From: Caecitellus pseudoparvulus
Lineage: Eukaryota; Protista; Bigyra: Bicosoecida
Direction: 5' to 3'
Assembly: GCA_965644315.1 (NCBI GenBank)
Contig: CBFFRQ010000068.1
Span: forward strand, 1-64,000
DNA length: 64,000 nt
The notes beneath the pieces are model-generated. The model was not told where the DNA came from. It ran no database searches and worked only from the letters and a program-made list of their open reading frames with translations. Shown here piece after piece: positions 9,101 through 19,300 of this stretch. Position 1 is the first letter of the stretch. Each line of letters begins with the position of its first letter. The position numbers and the translations under genes are program-made.

Positions 9101-10328
9101 GCAGGCTGCACAGCCCAGGAGTCCCTTGTGACGGCGTGTGTTGTTCCTGCCAGGGTGCCTGCCTTGCTCTCCATATCCTCACACGGCTCAATGTACCTGT
9201 ACAGCATGTTGCCTTGCTTCTCAGTGGCATCCTTCCTCAGTGCTGCGTCCACGGAGCCTTGCCCATCTCGCAGCGCTGACGCGACGCCCAGCTCAGCAGG
9301 GTTGTCAGGAAAGGCCATCAGCACCCCTTCTCCATGCTGGGGCGGCAGCCTAGCCCGGCTTATTGCTGCACGGGTGGCCATGACGGTCGCCCCAGGCAGT
9401 CCCAGGGTCACAGGCTGCGCGGGGGATGCCATGAACATGCCCAGCACTGAGCCCACCGAGCCAGCCAGGGCAGCCGCGCTGGGAGGCACGATCATGTCAG
9501 AGGGAGCCTCAGGGAGGCACTCAGGAGCTACGTCGTCCTTGGTGCACTGCTGGACGAACTCGTCGCCGACAGGGGCGGCGTCCAGCAGCAGCCGGCTGGC
9601 TGCAGCTGCACCGGCCCGCACCATGACTCGGGCGCTGTCGATGGCTTGAGAGAACCAAGTGGTGCCCTGGCCGCCTGGAAGGCTTCGGCGGAAGAACTCT
9701 TCAGCCATGTCTGCGATGGCCCGTGGATACAGCATCCACTCGCCGCTGGAGCTGGGGGGGTCCATGGCTGGGCTTGCAGCGCCTCCAGAGCCTGAGCCAG
9801 TGCCTGCGCAGAGGCAGCACCATTGCCGTGACGCTGTGGCGCGGCAAGCAAGGCGCTTTAGCACGCACATGGATCGGCAACCACACCGTTTGGGGAAGGT
9901 TTAGGCATTTCAACCACAACATGGTGCGGGGCGCCCGATTCTGCGCCGCAGGGAGGCTCGGCGTGCTGGCTACGCAGCTGGGCGAAACGCCTGTTTGAGG
10001 CACCACCACGCCACGCACCTGCCGCCAGCTTCATGGCCCGCGCATGCCCACATCGGTGGTTGGAGAAGTTACTGGGATTCTTCCCTCGCCAGCGACACCC
10101 TGTTCGCAAACAGTGGTAGTGTGTCCTGGTCACGAGGTCTTCCCCTGAGGAGCGACCCTGCGAGGCACGTAACCCCTCAGCCTGCTCTTGCCTCCAGCGC
10201 GCACAGTGCACGCAGTGACGGGCGTCAGACGAAGAAACTTTAATCAGGAACGGCCCTTGTTGCAAGTTCAGAGGCGGAGACGGCGCTGGAAGGGCCGTGG
10301 GCGACGCCGCGAAAATGGGCTGGTCCAT
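6118..10328 (-). mobile_element. Mutator(MULE)-superfamily-like DDE transposase gene with N-terminal zinc finger (exons ~10328-10019, 9940-9887, 9803-6118)
   Basis: IGVDWTF (D1), CIATVVGRYGFI, VITVDN (D2), VDPWHFARR (DxxH), TTGGNESLH (E). Upstream Cys/His cluster HCVHC..HYHCLRTGC..H joins through phase-1 GTGCGT..CAG and GTGTGG..CAG introns. No TIRs found. Confidence 0.75.
7818..7862 (-). repeat. (GTCGCT)n hexamer repeat encoding an Asp/Ser acidic insertion in the transposase
   Basis: gtcgctgtcgctgtcgctggcgctgtcgctgtcgctggcgc encodes ASDSDSASDSDSD. Confidence 0.7.
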
Positions 10329-10738
10329 GCCAAAAACAGCGCCTGTGGGGCTGGTGCCAGCCCAAACAATAAATCAAAGCCTGCAAATATTCCCTATGGG
10401 ATGCCAAAATTGCGCCCTGTCAGCGAAAATACTGGAGGTGGTGCGAGAATGTTTTGCCCATTTCCAGTATATTGCCATGCCAGCGAGAGAGAGCGGCCAA
10501 CGCCCAGCTCGTGCACTGGGAACTTTCTCGAAAAACATCAACCCACCACATTATCATGCCCATTCCCTGGCCTGTTCACCCTCCAGCCCCCCCGATCCAT
10601 CCTCCACTTCCTACCGGCTTCAGGGGCCCGCCACCTCAAGAGTCCGTCAGCAGGTGCACAGGTGTTGCCTCTCACCTGCATTGGGGCGTGCTGGGCCAGC
10701 CACACTGCCTGGATCGCTGCAGTAGGGATTGAGGTGGC

Positions 10739-12349
10739 ATGATGGCAGTCAGCGGTGGGATGCCTCAGGTACCTCAAGCTGCAGCCATGGCACACGGCGG
10801 GGCTTGGCACACCTCCTCGCTCCAAGCTGGCCACTCTGCTGGTGCAGCAGCTGCTGGGAGTGACTTCCGGGCTGTTCATGAGGCTTTCGATGTGGCAAGC
10901 CAGCTCGAGTTCAAGGATGGTGTGGCATTCAGTCTGGTTCAGGCAATGTCTCGCGTCCTGGACGCACTGAAGCGCTGTGCAGCTCCACAAGGATCGCAGC
11001 TTTCGGTGGCGTTTCGCGCGTTGGCCGTGGCCCTTCAGGCAGGCGGCTGCCTGAACCCACAGGAATTGCGAGCGCGGCTGAGGAATGTGCTGAGTGCTGG
11101 ATTTTTGCATGTTCATCTGGGCCCTGTGGTTCAGGAGGCCACCAAGGTTCCACGGGTTGCTGTGCAAGTCCGTGGCGTTTCATCTTTGGCGTGGGCATCC
11201 AGCAAGGAAAGCCTTGACTTCGACCAGTTCATCATCCCAGCACTGTACGCATCAACCCAAGAAGTCGTGCAGTACCTTGTGGAGGAAGCTGTTTCACAAG
11301 TGCCCGCCCATGCCAAGTATGCGTTGCCGGTGGGGGCTTTGACACTGGTGCTCTCGTGTACCCTGGACCCAGCTGGCGCTGGTTTCATTGACACACGCAC
11401 GCTGAAGGAGTGGCGGGATGTGTTTGGACCGACGATGGGAGATGCTGCCCGGAACTGCATGGCCTTGTTCTCTGTTCCAGGCTTTCTTGGCCACATGAGC
11501 GTTGACGTGGTGCAGGCTCTGCTGTCCGTCAAGCCTGTTGGCACATTCGCAGTCACTTTCGGCAGCGACGGCTGGCACAGCTTTGTGGTGCACGCTGTCA
11601 CCATGTCACCACAGGGTGTTTCTGCTGTCCAGTTTCGACAAGTCCCAGCTTCGGGGCATGGTACTCCTGCAGAGTCTCTGGCCAGGGCCTGTGCCGACTT
11701 GGGCACCAGTCTCGGACAGCCCATCACGCAGGATCTCTCCCTCAGCCCGTGGTTCCATGGCCGGCTTGCATCAAAGGAGGCGACTCAGCGCCTGACTCAT
11801 GCTCCTGAACGCTCTTTTTTGTTCCGGTTGTCAGAGTCAACGCCAGGCGCCTTGGGTGTGGCCATGGTTGTTCAGGGGTCTGAGGGGCGGCTGTGTGTTG
11901 TGCACGAGCTGGCTCGACCTGGCCAAGGAGGGGGGTATGTGCTGGGCGGGCAGGCGTTTCAGGATGCCTTTGATCTGGTTGCGAGCAATTGCGGCTTATT
12001 GCGCCACCCCATTCTGCAGTGCGGGGGCAGCTACGGGCAGCTGAGCAACATGGAAGCTGTGGTCCAGGCTCGGGACTCGTTTACTGCATGGGCTGCTGCT
12101 CGGTTGGCGCAGCGCCCTGCCTCGGGGCGCATGGGCAGTGCCGCAGCTGCGCAGTCTCCCGCACCTTCAGCTTCAGGTGGCTTCGTGTCGCCAGTGCATG
12201 ACGCACCGCCGCCCACCTTGGAAGTGCAGCAGTCGACCAACCCTCCGCAGCTGCTGTACACCAACCTCCCCGGGACGGCGACCCTGGGGGAACAAGCGAG
12301 TGGTGACCCTGCTGCAGTGCCTAGCGCTGCCCAAGCGCACCCGCCGTAG
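10739..12349 (+). CDS. Tandem SH2-domain protein with a Cbl-like EF-hand/SH2 module
   Basis: GAGFIDTRTLKEWRDVFGP (EF-hand-like), GFLGHMS..VQALLSVKPVGTFAVTF (degenerate SH2), PWFHGRLASKEATQRL..APERSFLFRLSESTPG (canonical SH2 with FLxR); start codon uncertain. Confidence 0.8.
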   Translation: MMAVSGGMPQVPQAAAMAHGGAWHTSSLQAGHSAGAAAAGSDFRAVHEAFDVASQLEFKDGVAFSLVQAMSRVLDALKRCAAPQGSQLSVAFRALAVALQAGGCLNPQELRARLRNVLSAGFLHVHLGPVVQEATKVPRVAVQVRGVSSLAWASSKESLDFDQFIIPALYASTQEVVQYLVEEAVSQVPAHAKYALPVGALTLVLSCTLDPAGAGFIDTRTLKEWRDVFGPTMGDAARNCMALFSVPGFLGHMSVDVVQALLSVKPVGTFAVTFGSDGWHSFVVHAVTMSPQGVSAVQFRQVPASGHGTPAESLARACADLGTSLGQPITQDLSLSPWFHGRLASKEATQRLTHAPERSFLFRLSESTPGALGVAMVVQGSEGRLCVVHELARPGQGGGYVLGGQAFQDAFDLVASNCGLLRHPILQCGGSYGQLSNMEAVVQARDSFTAWAAARLAQRPASGRMGSAAAAQSPAPSASGGFVSPVHDAPPPTLEVQQSTNPPQLLYTNLPGTATLGEQASGDPAAVPSAAQAHPP

Positions 12350-12860
12350 GCCCTGGCGTGTGTGTAGGGTCGCCAGCTTCGAACCGCAGTGAAACCTGTG
12401 TGCATTTTTGTGGACCGATGCTTGAGGGGGTCCGCTTGTCCCGTTTCGAGTGAACCCCGCCACATTGACACCTACCTGTGTGCATGTCGTTTTCTAGCGC
12501 CTGCCTGAACGCCTTGCGCTGGGCCCACACTTTCTTGTTGTCTGTCCGAAACTCATGCCGGCTGGCTCCCAGCCGCTGCTTTCGCAGGCAGCCCATGTAG
12601 CTACAAGGCAGGCGTGCCTGAAGGAGCAGACGACCACCTTGTTTATCCAGTTTGGTCCCTGCACAACAATGTAGCCTCTATGCTGCTCCTTTTCCTGCTC
12701 CGAGTAGATCGTCTGTGCAACACGAAACTCCGCTGAAACACTCGTACCGGCCTGTCACTTTTCCATCCACAGACTCACTCGCGAAGAAGCAGCGCGCAGC
12801 AGTCTCACAACATTTCTCGCTTGCTTGCTCTGTCACTTCGTCTGTGTCCCCCTTTTTGCC

Positions 12861-13600
12861 ATGAGAGCCCTGCTCCAGCGCGTTTCGAGCGCCAGCGTGT
12901 CAGTGGATGGCACAGTGGTGGGAAGCATTGAACGGGGATTGGTCGCCCTTGTCGGCATCGGAGCTGGTGACGGCGCAGAAGATACCGATTGGATTGTCAA
13001 GCGCCTCTTGGGTGCAAAGCTGTGGCCAAATGCGGATGGCAAGCAGTGGAAGGCCAAGTTCGTTCAGCTCATGTCTCAGCTCATTCTCGGCGTTCACAAC
13101 AATGCCCCTTCCCCCGCCCGCAGTGTCGCCGGTATTGACGGGGAGGTGCTGCTCGTGTCACAGTTTACGCTGATGGGGTACATGAAGCGTGCACGCGTGA
13201 GTGGGCCCCGTGCGCCCACCTCACTTTTTCCGTCACACACAGCGTGCCCACTTTACAGCCGGACTTTCACCGCGCCATGGGGCCAGGGGAAGCCAGCAGC
13301 ATGTTTGACGAGCTTGTTTTGAAAGTGAAAGGCAGTTTGGGCGAGGTGAGAGTGGCGACTGGGCAGTTTGGCGCCAACATGCAGGTGTCCCTCACCAACG
13401 ACGGGCCCGTGACCATGATGCTGGACAGCCACAACAGGGACAACAGCGATCCGCCAGCGGGGGACTGCACCCCCGCACCGACACCAGTCGTGGAGGGGGG
13501 CACTCCAACACCGTCTTCGCAGCCCGCCGCTGTGCAGGGGAGCTCAGCTTCCCTGGTTGAGTCCACTGCTGCTGCAGCGGAAGCCAGCGACCAGCCTTGA
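12861..13600 (+). CDS. DTD1: D-aminoacyl-tRNA deacylase (introns 13058-13123, 13197-13258)
   Basis: MRALLQRVSSASVSVDG, LLVSQFTL, PDFHRAM, GQFGANMQVSLTNDGPVT; both introns restore the frame. Confidence 0.95.
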
Positions 13601-13856
13601 AGCCAGCGCAACGTCTGCCCTTGCTCCTTGCTGCCTTGATAAGTGGGCGTAGCAAACTGCGCAGGGGCCATCGAAGTGCTTGGAAAGGATCGATCCAGTC
13701 CGATCCGAGGCTTCGTTGGCGGCTCAGCTATGCCAGTTCTGCTGTGGCAGCTCAACAAGGCCTGTGCTGCTGTGGCGGCTCAACAAGGCCAGCACTGCCG
13801 TGTCGGCTCAACAAGGCCTGCTGCGGTGACAGCAAAGCCAGGCCAAGGCTTCCTCG

Positions 13857-16082
13857 ATGGCTGTTTGCAGCACCAAGGCTCCTTCGGCAGCGCAGCAAAC
13901 ACCCGCAGCAGGGAAATTTACCCCATCTTCCATCAACACAGCACCTTCTTTCTTCCTGCCCTGCTATTGCCTGCGACCCTTGCAGCTGTGCAGCGGCCAG
14001 GCGGACGGCCCCGAGCGGAAATTGGGCGCGCAGCACACCCGTACACCCTGTAAACCTCACATCAGGCAGTGGGCCCACGACACGCCAAGCATGTGCCAGG
14101 GCCGGGGCACCGCTTCCGATTCATGTTGTTGCATCAGCCATGAGGGTATTCCTGACTACAGCACACAGTCCAGCCTGCTGCATGGGTGGTACCTGCGTCG
14201 AAGTGCTGCTGCAGGCTTTCTTGTTGGCTTGTCATGCCTCGCAGTGTACGTGGGGCTGTACACCACGGATACGCTGGACCGCCAAGTACGCAGCGCGATC
14301 CTGTCGGCTGCATTGATGCTTCTAGCGTGGCCTGTTTCCATTCTTCTTGATGCCACGTTCATGCATTGGCTGCCAACGAGTTTCGTGCGCAATGGCTGCT
14401 GCAGTCGCCATGCGGCCACTTGGACCGCTATTGGCCATGGGCCGCTGGCGGTGGCGCTGTGGGCGTCTGCCGCCATGCTGACGGTGCACTTTGCCTTGCA
14501 GCCACCCAGACCATCGGCGAACCTGCTGCTGCTCTTCCGGGGCGCGGCGTGTGTGCTGGTCTTGGCTGGGCTGGGCATTGTTCGACGAGCCATCGTGCGC
14601 CTGTCCCTGCAGCGAGTGGTGCAGGGGGCGGCAACAGAGCACCTGGAGACACTGGTGTACGTGCACAGCACACTGACCGCCTTGTTCATGCGGCCAGGTG
14701 TCCCCGGGCCGGAGGGGTCCATGTCCCTGGCAGAGGTGCTTGACATGGAGGCCAGTGACCAGCTGCGTTGGGCGGAAAACCTGCAGCTGCTCGTGACGGC
14801 CCCCAAAGGCATGCACTCTGCCAGCGCGCATCGAAAGTCGTTGTGGCCTCTGCGTAAGGACCGGGGCTTGTCCCGCAGCTCCACGTCCAGCCTGCTCACT
14901 GATGGCAAGGGCGACAAGAAGCATCACAAGAAGCGCGTCATCTTGCTGGGCTCTCGAGGTCAAGCGGTCCGAGCTGCAAAGACGCTGTTTCATGCGCTGT
15001 ACGAGGCGTGCCTCAGCCCAGCTGAGGGCCCGAAGTCCACGGTGGCTGAGGCCCCCACCATGGAGCAGCTGAGGCCGCCTCCGCCCCCCTCCTCCTCCTC
15101 AGTTCGCATGCGCAGGTCTGGCGCCGCCCACCCAGACGTGCCAGGTACTTCATCCATTGCTGACCACGCAGACCACCACACCACACATGCACTGGAGCTG
15201 CACCATCTGGAGGCCATCCTGGGCCAGCAAGAGGGCGGCGCACTCATGAGCAGGCTGGACACAAGTGGTGACGGGAGCATTTCCCTGGCAGAGTTCAGTC
15301 AGGGCATTGGTGGCATGTGGGACTCTTTTGCAAACGCGCAAGCCACTCTCGCCGGCCGGACGACGGTGTCCTCTGCCGTGTCCATTCTTGTGGATGCAGG
15401 CATCATTCTCGTGGCCATCGGCGCGGGTTTCGCAGTGTTCCAGCTGGACGTCAGCGCAGTGTTGCTGCCCTTGTCAGCAGTGCTGCTGGCGGTGTCTTTC
15501 GCCATTGGCCCCTCTGTGTCGCGTTTGGTGGCGTCTCTCACCTTTGTGCTGGCAGTGCAGCCGTTCGACGTTGGAGATCGGGTGGTCATGGAGCGTGTCA
15601 TTGACGGCTCCCGGCTGGATGTCGTCGCGGTGGGCGTCATGGCCTCCGAGTTCCGATCCGTGGAAACCGGCGTCATGGTCACAATTGGTAACGACGTCCT
15701 CAGCACCATGCCTGTGCAGAACCTCACTCGCGCCTCCTCTGCCATGGTCCGCTTGCCTTGCAAGGTTCCCAGCACCGTGACTGGAGCTCAGATTCAGGCA
15801 CTGAAGGCCTGGCTGTCCGAGTACTGCAAGGAGCACGCGACAGAGTGGGCGCAGAACCCCCTGGTATTTGTGGACTCCCTGCAGCATGGCACGGATGGTA
15901 CCATCTGTCTAATTTTGCGCATGCGGTTCCTTCGCAGCCCTGCTCAGAGCCCACGCCTGGCAACTGCCCGCACAGACCTGTGGGTTGCCCTCTCAGAGCG
16001 CTTCCGCGAATGGGGCTTCCAGTTTGCCAGGACGCCGCAGCCCATCCACCTCAAACAGAGCATTCAAGAGGAGGAAAGCTAG
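13857..16082 (+). CDS. MscS-like mechanosensitive channel with EF-hand (Msy1/2- or MSL-type); true start uncertain
   Basis: Multiple TM helices, EF-hand LDTSGDGSISLAEF, MscS signature FVLAVQPFDVGDRV, N..L....VQNLTR. Confidence 0.88.
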   Translation: MAVCSTKAPSAAQQTPAAGKFTPSSINTAPSFFLPCYCLRPLQLCSGQADGPERKLGAQHTRTPCKPHIRQWAHDTPSMCQGRGTASDSCCCISHEGIPDYSTQSSLLHGWYLRRSAAAGFLVGLSCLAVYVGLYTTDTLDRQVRSAILSAALMLLAWPVSILLDATFMHWLPTSFVRNGCCSRHAATWTAIGHGPLAVALWASAAMLTVHFALQPPRPSANLLLLFRGAACVLVLAGLGIVRRAIVRLSLQRVVQGAATEHLETLVYVHSTLTALFMRPGVPGPEGSMSLAEVLDMEASDQLRWAENLQLLVTAPKGMHSASAHRKSLWPLRKDRGLSRSSTSSLLTDGKGDKKHHKKRVILLGSRGQAVRAAKTLFHALYEACLSPAEGPKSTVAEAPTMEQLRPPPPPSSSSVRMRRSGAAHPDVPGTSSIADHADHHTTHALELHHLEAILGQQEGGALMSRLDTSGDGSISLAEFSQGIGGMWDSFANAQATLAGRTTVSSAVSILVDAGIILVAIGAGFAVFQLDVSAVLLPLSAVLLAVSFAIGPSVSRLVASLTFVLAVQPFDVGDRVVMERVIDGSRLDVVAVGVMASEFRSVETGVMVTIGNDVLSTMPVQNLTRASSAMVRLPCKVPSTVTGAQIQALKAWLSEYCKEHATEWAQNPLVFVDSLQHGTDGTICLILRMRFLRSPAQSPRLATARTDLWVALSERFREWGFQFARTPQPIHLKQSIQEEES

Positions 16083-16321
16083 AGCCCCCCCTCGCTCCCT
16101 TTTGCGACAGAGCAGCCAACTCTGGTGCTGGTGCGAACCTAGTGAGATTGGCTCATTTCCTCACAATACACGAGAAAGTGGCCCGAAAGCGCACATGCGC
16201 CCCACCTCCCACACCAGATGCCAACCTTTGGCAGAAAGCAGGGAAGCTTCACGTCGCAAGCTGCGCTGGGGTGCCTACGGTAAATCCCAAGCCCTGCTTG
16301 TTCCCAAGGTGCGCACTTGCA

Positions 16322-19300
16322 CTAAACACGCTTTCCGCGGGAAGCTTGTGCCGGGATGGAGCCAGTGTAGCTGACTGAGCTCATGCCTCCACTTGTTCGC
16401 GTGAGCGGGCGTGTTGGAGACGACCCAACATGCCCTGTCCTTGCTGCGGACACTTGCCCCCCATCCGCAGCTGCCGCTGTGGCCGCTGCTGTCGCTTGTG
16501 CGCCGCGGGTCCGGGCGCGCACGGGCGCTTCATCACCGGGAACAGGCGACAAAAATTGCAAGCGCCGTCGTTGACGCGGTTCGAGAGCCTTGCACAGAGC
16601 TTTTGCTGACATGTCCACAACACTGACGTCGTTGATGGACATGAGGATGGCCCCAGGGCACACAAAGCCACCCAGTAGCGACTTGCTGAGAACACTGGCC
16701 ACAATGATTGAGACGCCTGAAGTTCGCATGTGCGACTGGCCTCGCTTCAGCGTCAGCACGTTGGAGCTCTCAACAGATCCGTAGCCACTGTCGGAGCCCT
16801 CCAGCAGCTTGATGCTGGCGCTGGGGTCCAGCTCCACTGCTACCATGTGAAAGGTGGGTGTGGATGCGTCCTCACCTGCAGCCTGGCTGCCACCTACAGT
16901 TGGGTCTTCGCGCGCCCTGCTGCTCGGACCGTGACTGCGCTGCTTCGGTGCTGTGGCAGCCTGACCTGCAGTATCGGAGGGGGTGGCAACAGAGGCGCCA
17001 GCCTTTGCTGCTGCAGCACCGGCCCCTGCACTCCCAGACCCCAATGCGCCTGCTCCGACGCCACCCGGCCCTATTCCAGCGTGGGTGGCTGCTGCTGCAG
17101 GCGCGGCTGCCTGGCTGTGGGCTTTGGCAGCTTGCCAGCCCCGCGCAAAGCCCCAGGCGGCGCACTCTTCTGGTGTTTGCAGACGCCGAGTGCTGCCTGC
17201 CCTGCGGACGTAGAATAGCTCCTGGGTGCCGTGGACGTGGCAGAAAGGAACGCGCTGGTGCTGGGGGCAGCGCACCCTAAACTCTACGACAAAAAGATCG
17301 GCCACACGTTCGTACAGCACTTCCCCTGCCGCATCAGCGTGCCTCCTAAACACGGGCACAAACGCGGGACTGTCCACCAGCTCTCTTGCACCCGGGGGTT
17401 GGATGTGCCGCATGATCTCGTTGTCCCAGGTGAGGTTCACCTGGTCTCTCACTGCCCGTGGTGCACGGCAGCCAATGACATCTCCATCGTCACCCACGCC
17501 AAAGTACAGCGTGCCGCCTTCAGCGTTCAGGAAGCCGATGATGTACTTGTGCCCAACTTGGAGCAGTAAGCCCCTTGGGCCGGCACCACACTTTTTGAAC
17601 TCGTGGTGGATGTCTTCGTCCACGCCAATCTGCTCACCTTCCACGTAATGCCGCTCAGGGAGAGCAGAAACCGGGACACGATCAGCAACGCCTGGGCCAC
17701 CAGGTTCTGGCAATCCAAGTGCTCTCAATGCGGCGAGGTTCAGGGTTGCCCCTGACACTCGGTCTCGTGCCAGTCCAGGTGCTAGCCGCACCCACAATCC
17801 ACCAGTTCGCTCCATGAGTGTCTCAAGGGGCAGGTCCAGTTGCCGCAGCCACTGCTCACAAGTGAGCCCTTCGCTGGGGGCGAGCCCATGAGCAATGAGC
17901 TGCACGAACAGCGGCGTGACTTGCACGAATCCAGCGATGGGCTCGCCAGTCGCCACGTCACACGGCCCAAGCCACATCCCCGCTCCACTCTTCCGCGAGG
18001 GCACATTGCTGGACGACTGCAACCTTTGCAAGGTGGCCTCGCGCTCACTCCACATCTTTCGAATGAGAGCTTCAACACGGCTAGGCTCAGCCGAAGCTCC
18101 TGCACTGCTCGTCACTCGTTCCAGATCAGGCGCAGCGCCACCCCCCTCCGCGGTGCTGTCCACAGAGACGAGGAAGTCATCACCCACCTCACCTGTCGAG
18201 CGTCGCAGCAGAATGGGGGTGTGCCCTGCCACTGAGGCAGTGCCTTCGGATCTGACGGAGTCCCCCGTAGTCCTTCGGCGCAGTGGATACTCTGGCGCCC
18301 GCACTGTAAGCGCAGGGAAGCGCTGCACAAGGCGGACCCAGACGTCGAGTTTGTTGGCGCCCTTGCCGCGCAACACCTCAACGTAGCCCTGGCAGTGGCT
18401 ATGAATGAAGTCAGCCAACTTGCCAGACACGTGCTTGGAGCCGCCTCGCCGTCGCAAGTCTTGGCCAAGCGATGTCAGGGGCACGTCTCCAGGCTGCAAG
18501 CCACATGCGAGGGCTCGCTTGGCGGCCGACAACGCCGCGAACTTGGGGTGACCACGGGTCACGCGCCGGCTCCGGCCCGCCTGAAGGGCCTCCTCTTGGG
18601 ATTGGGACAATCGCCGCATTGCTGATGTGATCACGGACAACGCCTTGGCATGGGGGGGCAGCGGTGCTTGTGGGGAGGCGGGAACAGCCAGCGGCAGTCG
18701 CGGCGCGGGCTTCGCCTGCTCCGCCTGTCGCCCCAGTCGCTGGGCAATGACACCAAGCCAGACGCTCACACTGTCTTGCACGCCTTGTGACTGCTGCGAG
18801 AGGCAGAGCAGGCTCTCTTGCAGCTGCAAGTGTGGCACTGACGCTTGGCGCCGGGAGCGTGCTGGCACTGCGCTCTCCTCGCTGGCCACGTGCACGAGAA
18901 GTGGCAGCGGTAGCAGGATCGTGAGCACCTTGAACACCGCTGCACCGGCGCTGCCATCTCGCCGCACCTCCAAGCAGGGCATCCATGACATGAAGTTCGT
19001 AAACGTGGCACGGAAAGAGCTTGTCTCGGTGGGCACGGCAGTGGGCGCCTGCTCAGGCACTCGCCACCCGCCGTCATTGACCACCTGCCGCAGGTGCTTG
19101 CACTGCATGCAAGCGCCCATGTCACCTGTACCTCGTTTCACTTGCACCAAGGCCAATGCAAGCACATACACTCGCCATAAGTACTGCTTCCAGGTATCAA
19201 CTACTTCTGGGGGCACGTGTGCCAGCTGCGCCTCGGCAGCGTCAAGGGTCATGGCTGGCTGCGCCTCAGGAACAGGCGGCGCCGGAGCGTCAGCAAACAC

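Noticed and set aside
12350-12860. Possible small minus-strand gene (ORF 12321-12596) with TGCATT at ~12401
   Set aside because: No recognisable motif and no consistent exon chain.
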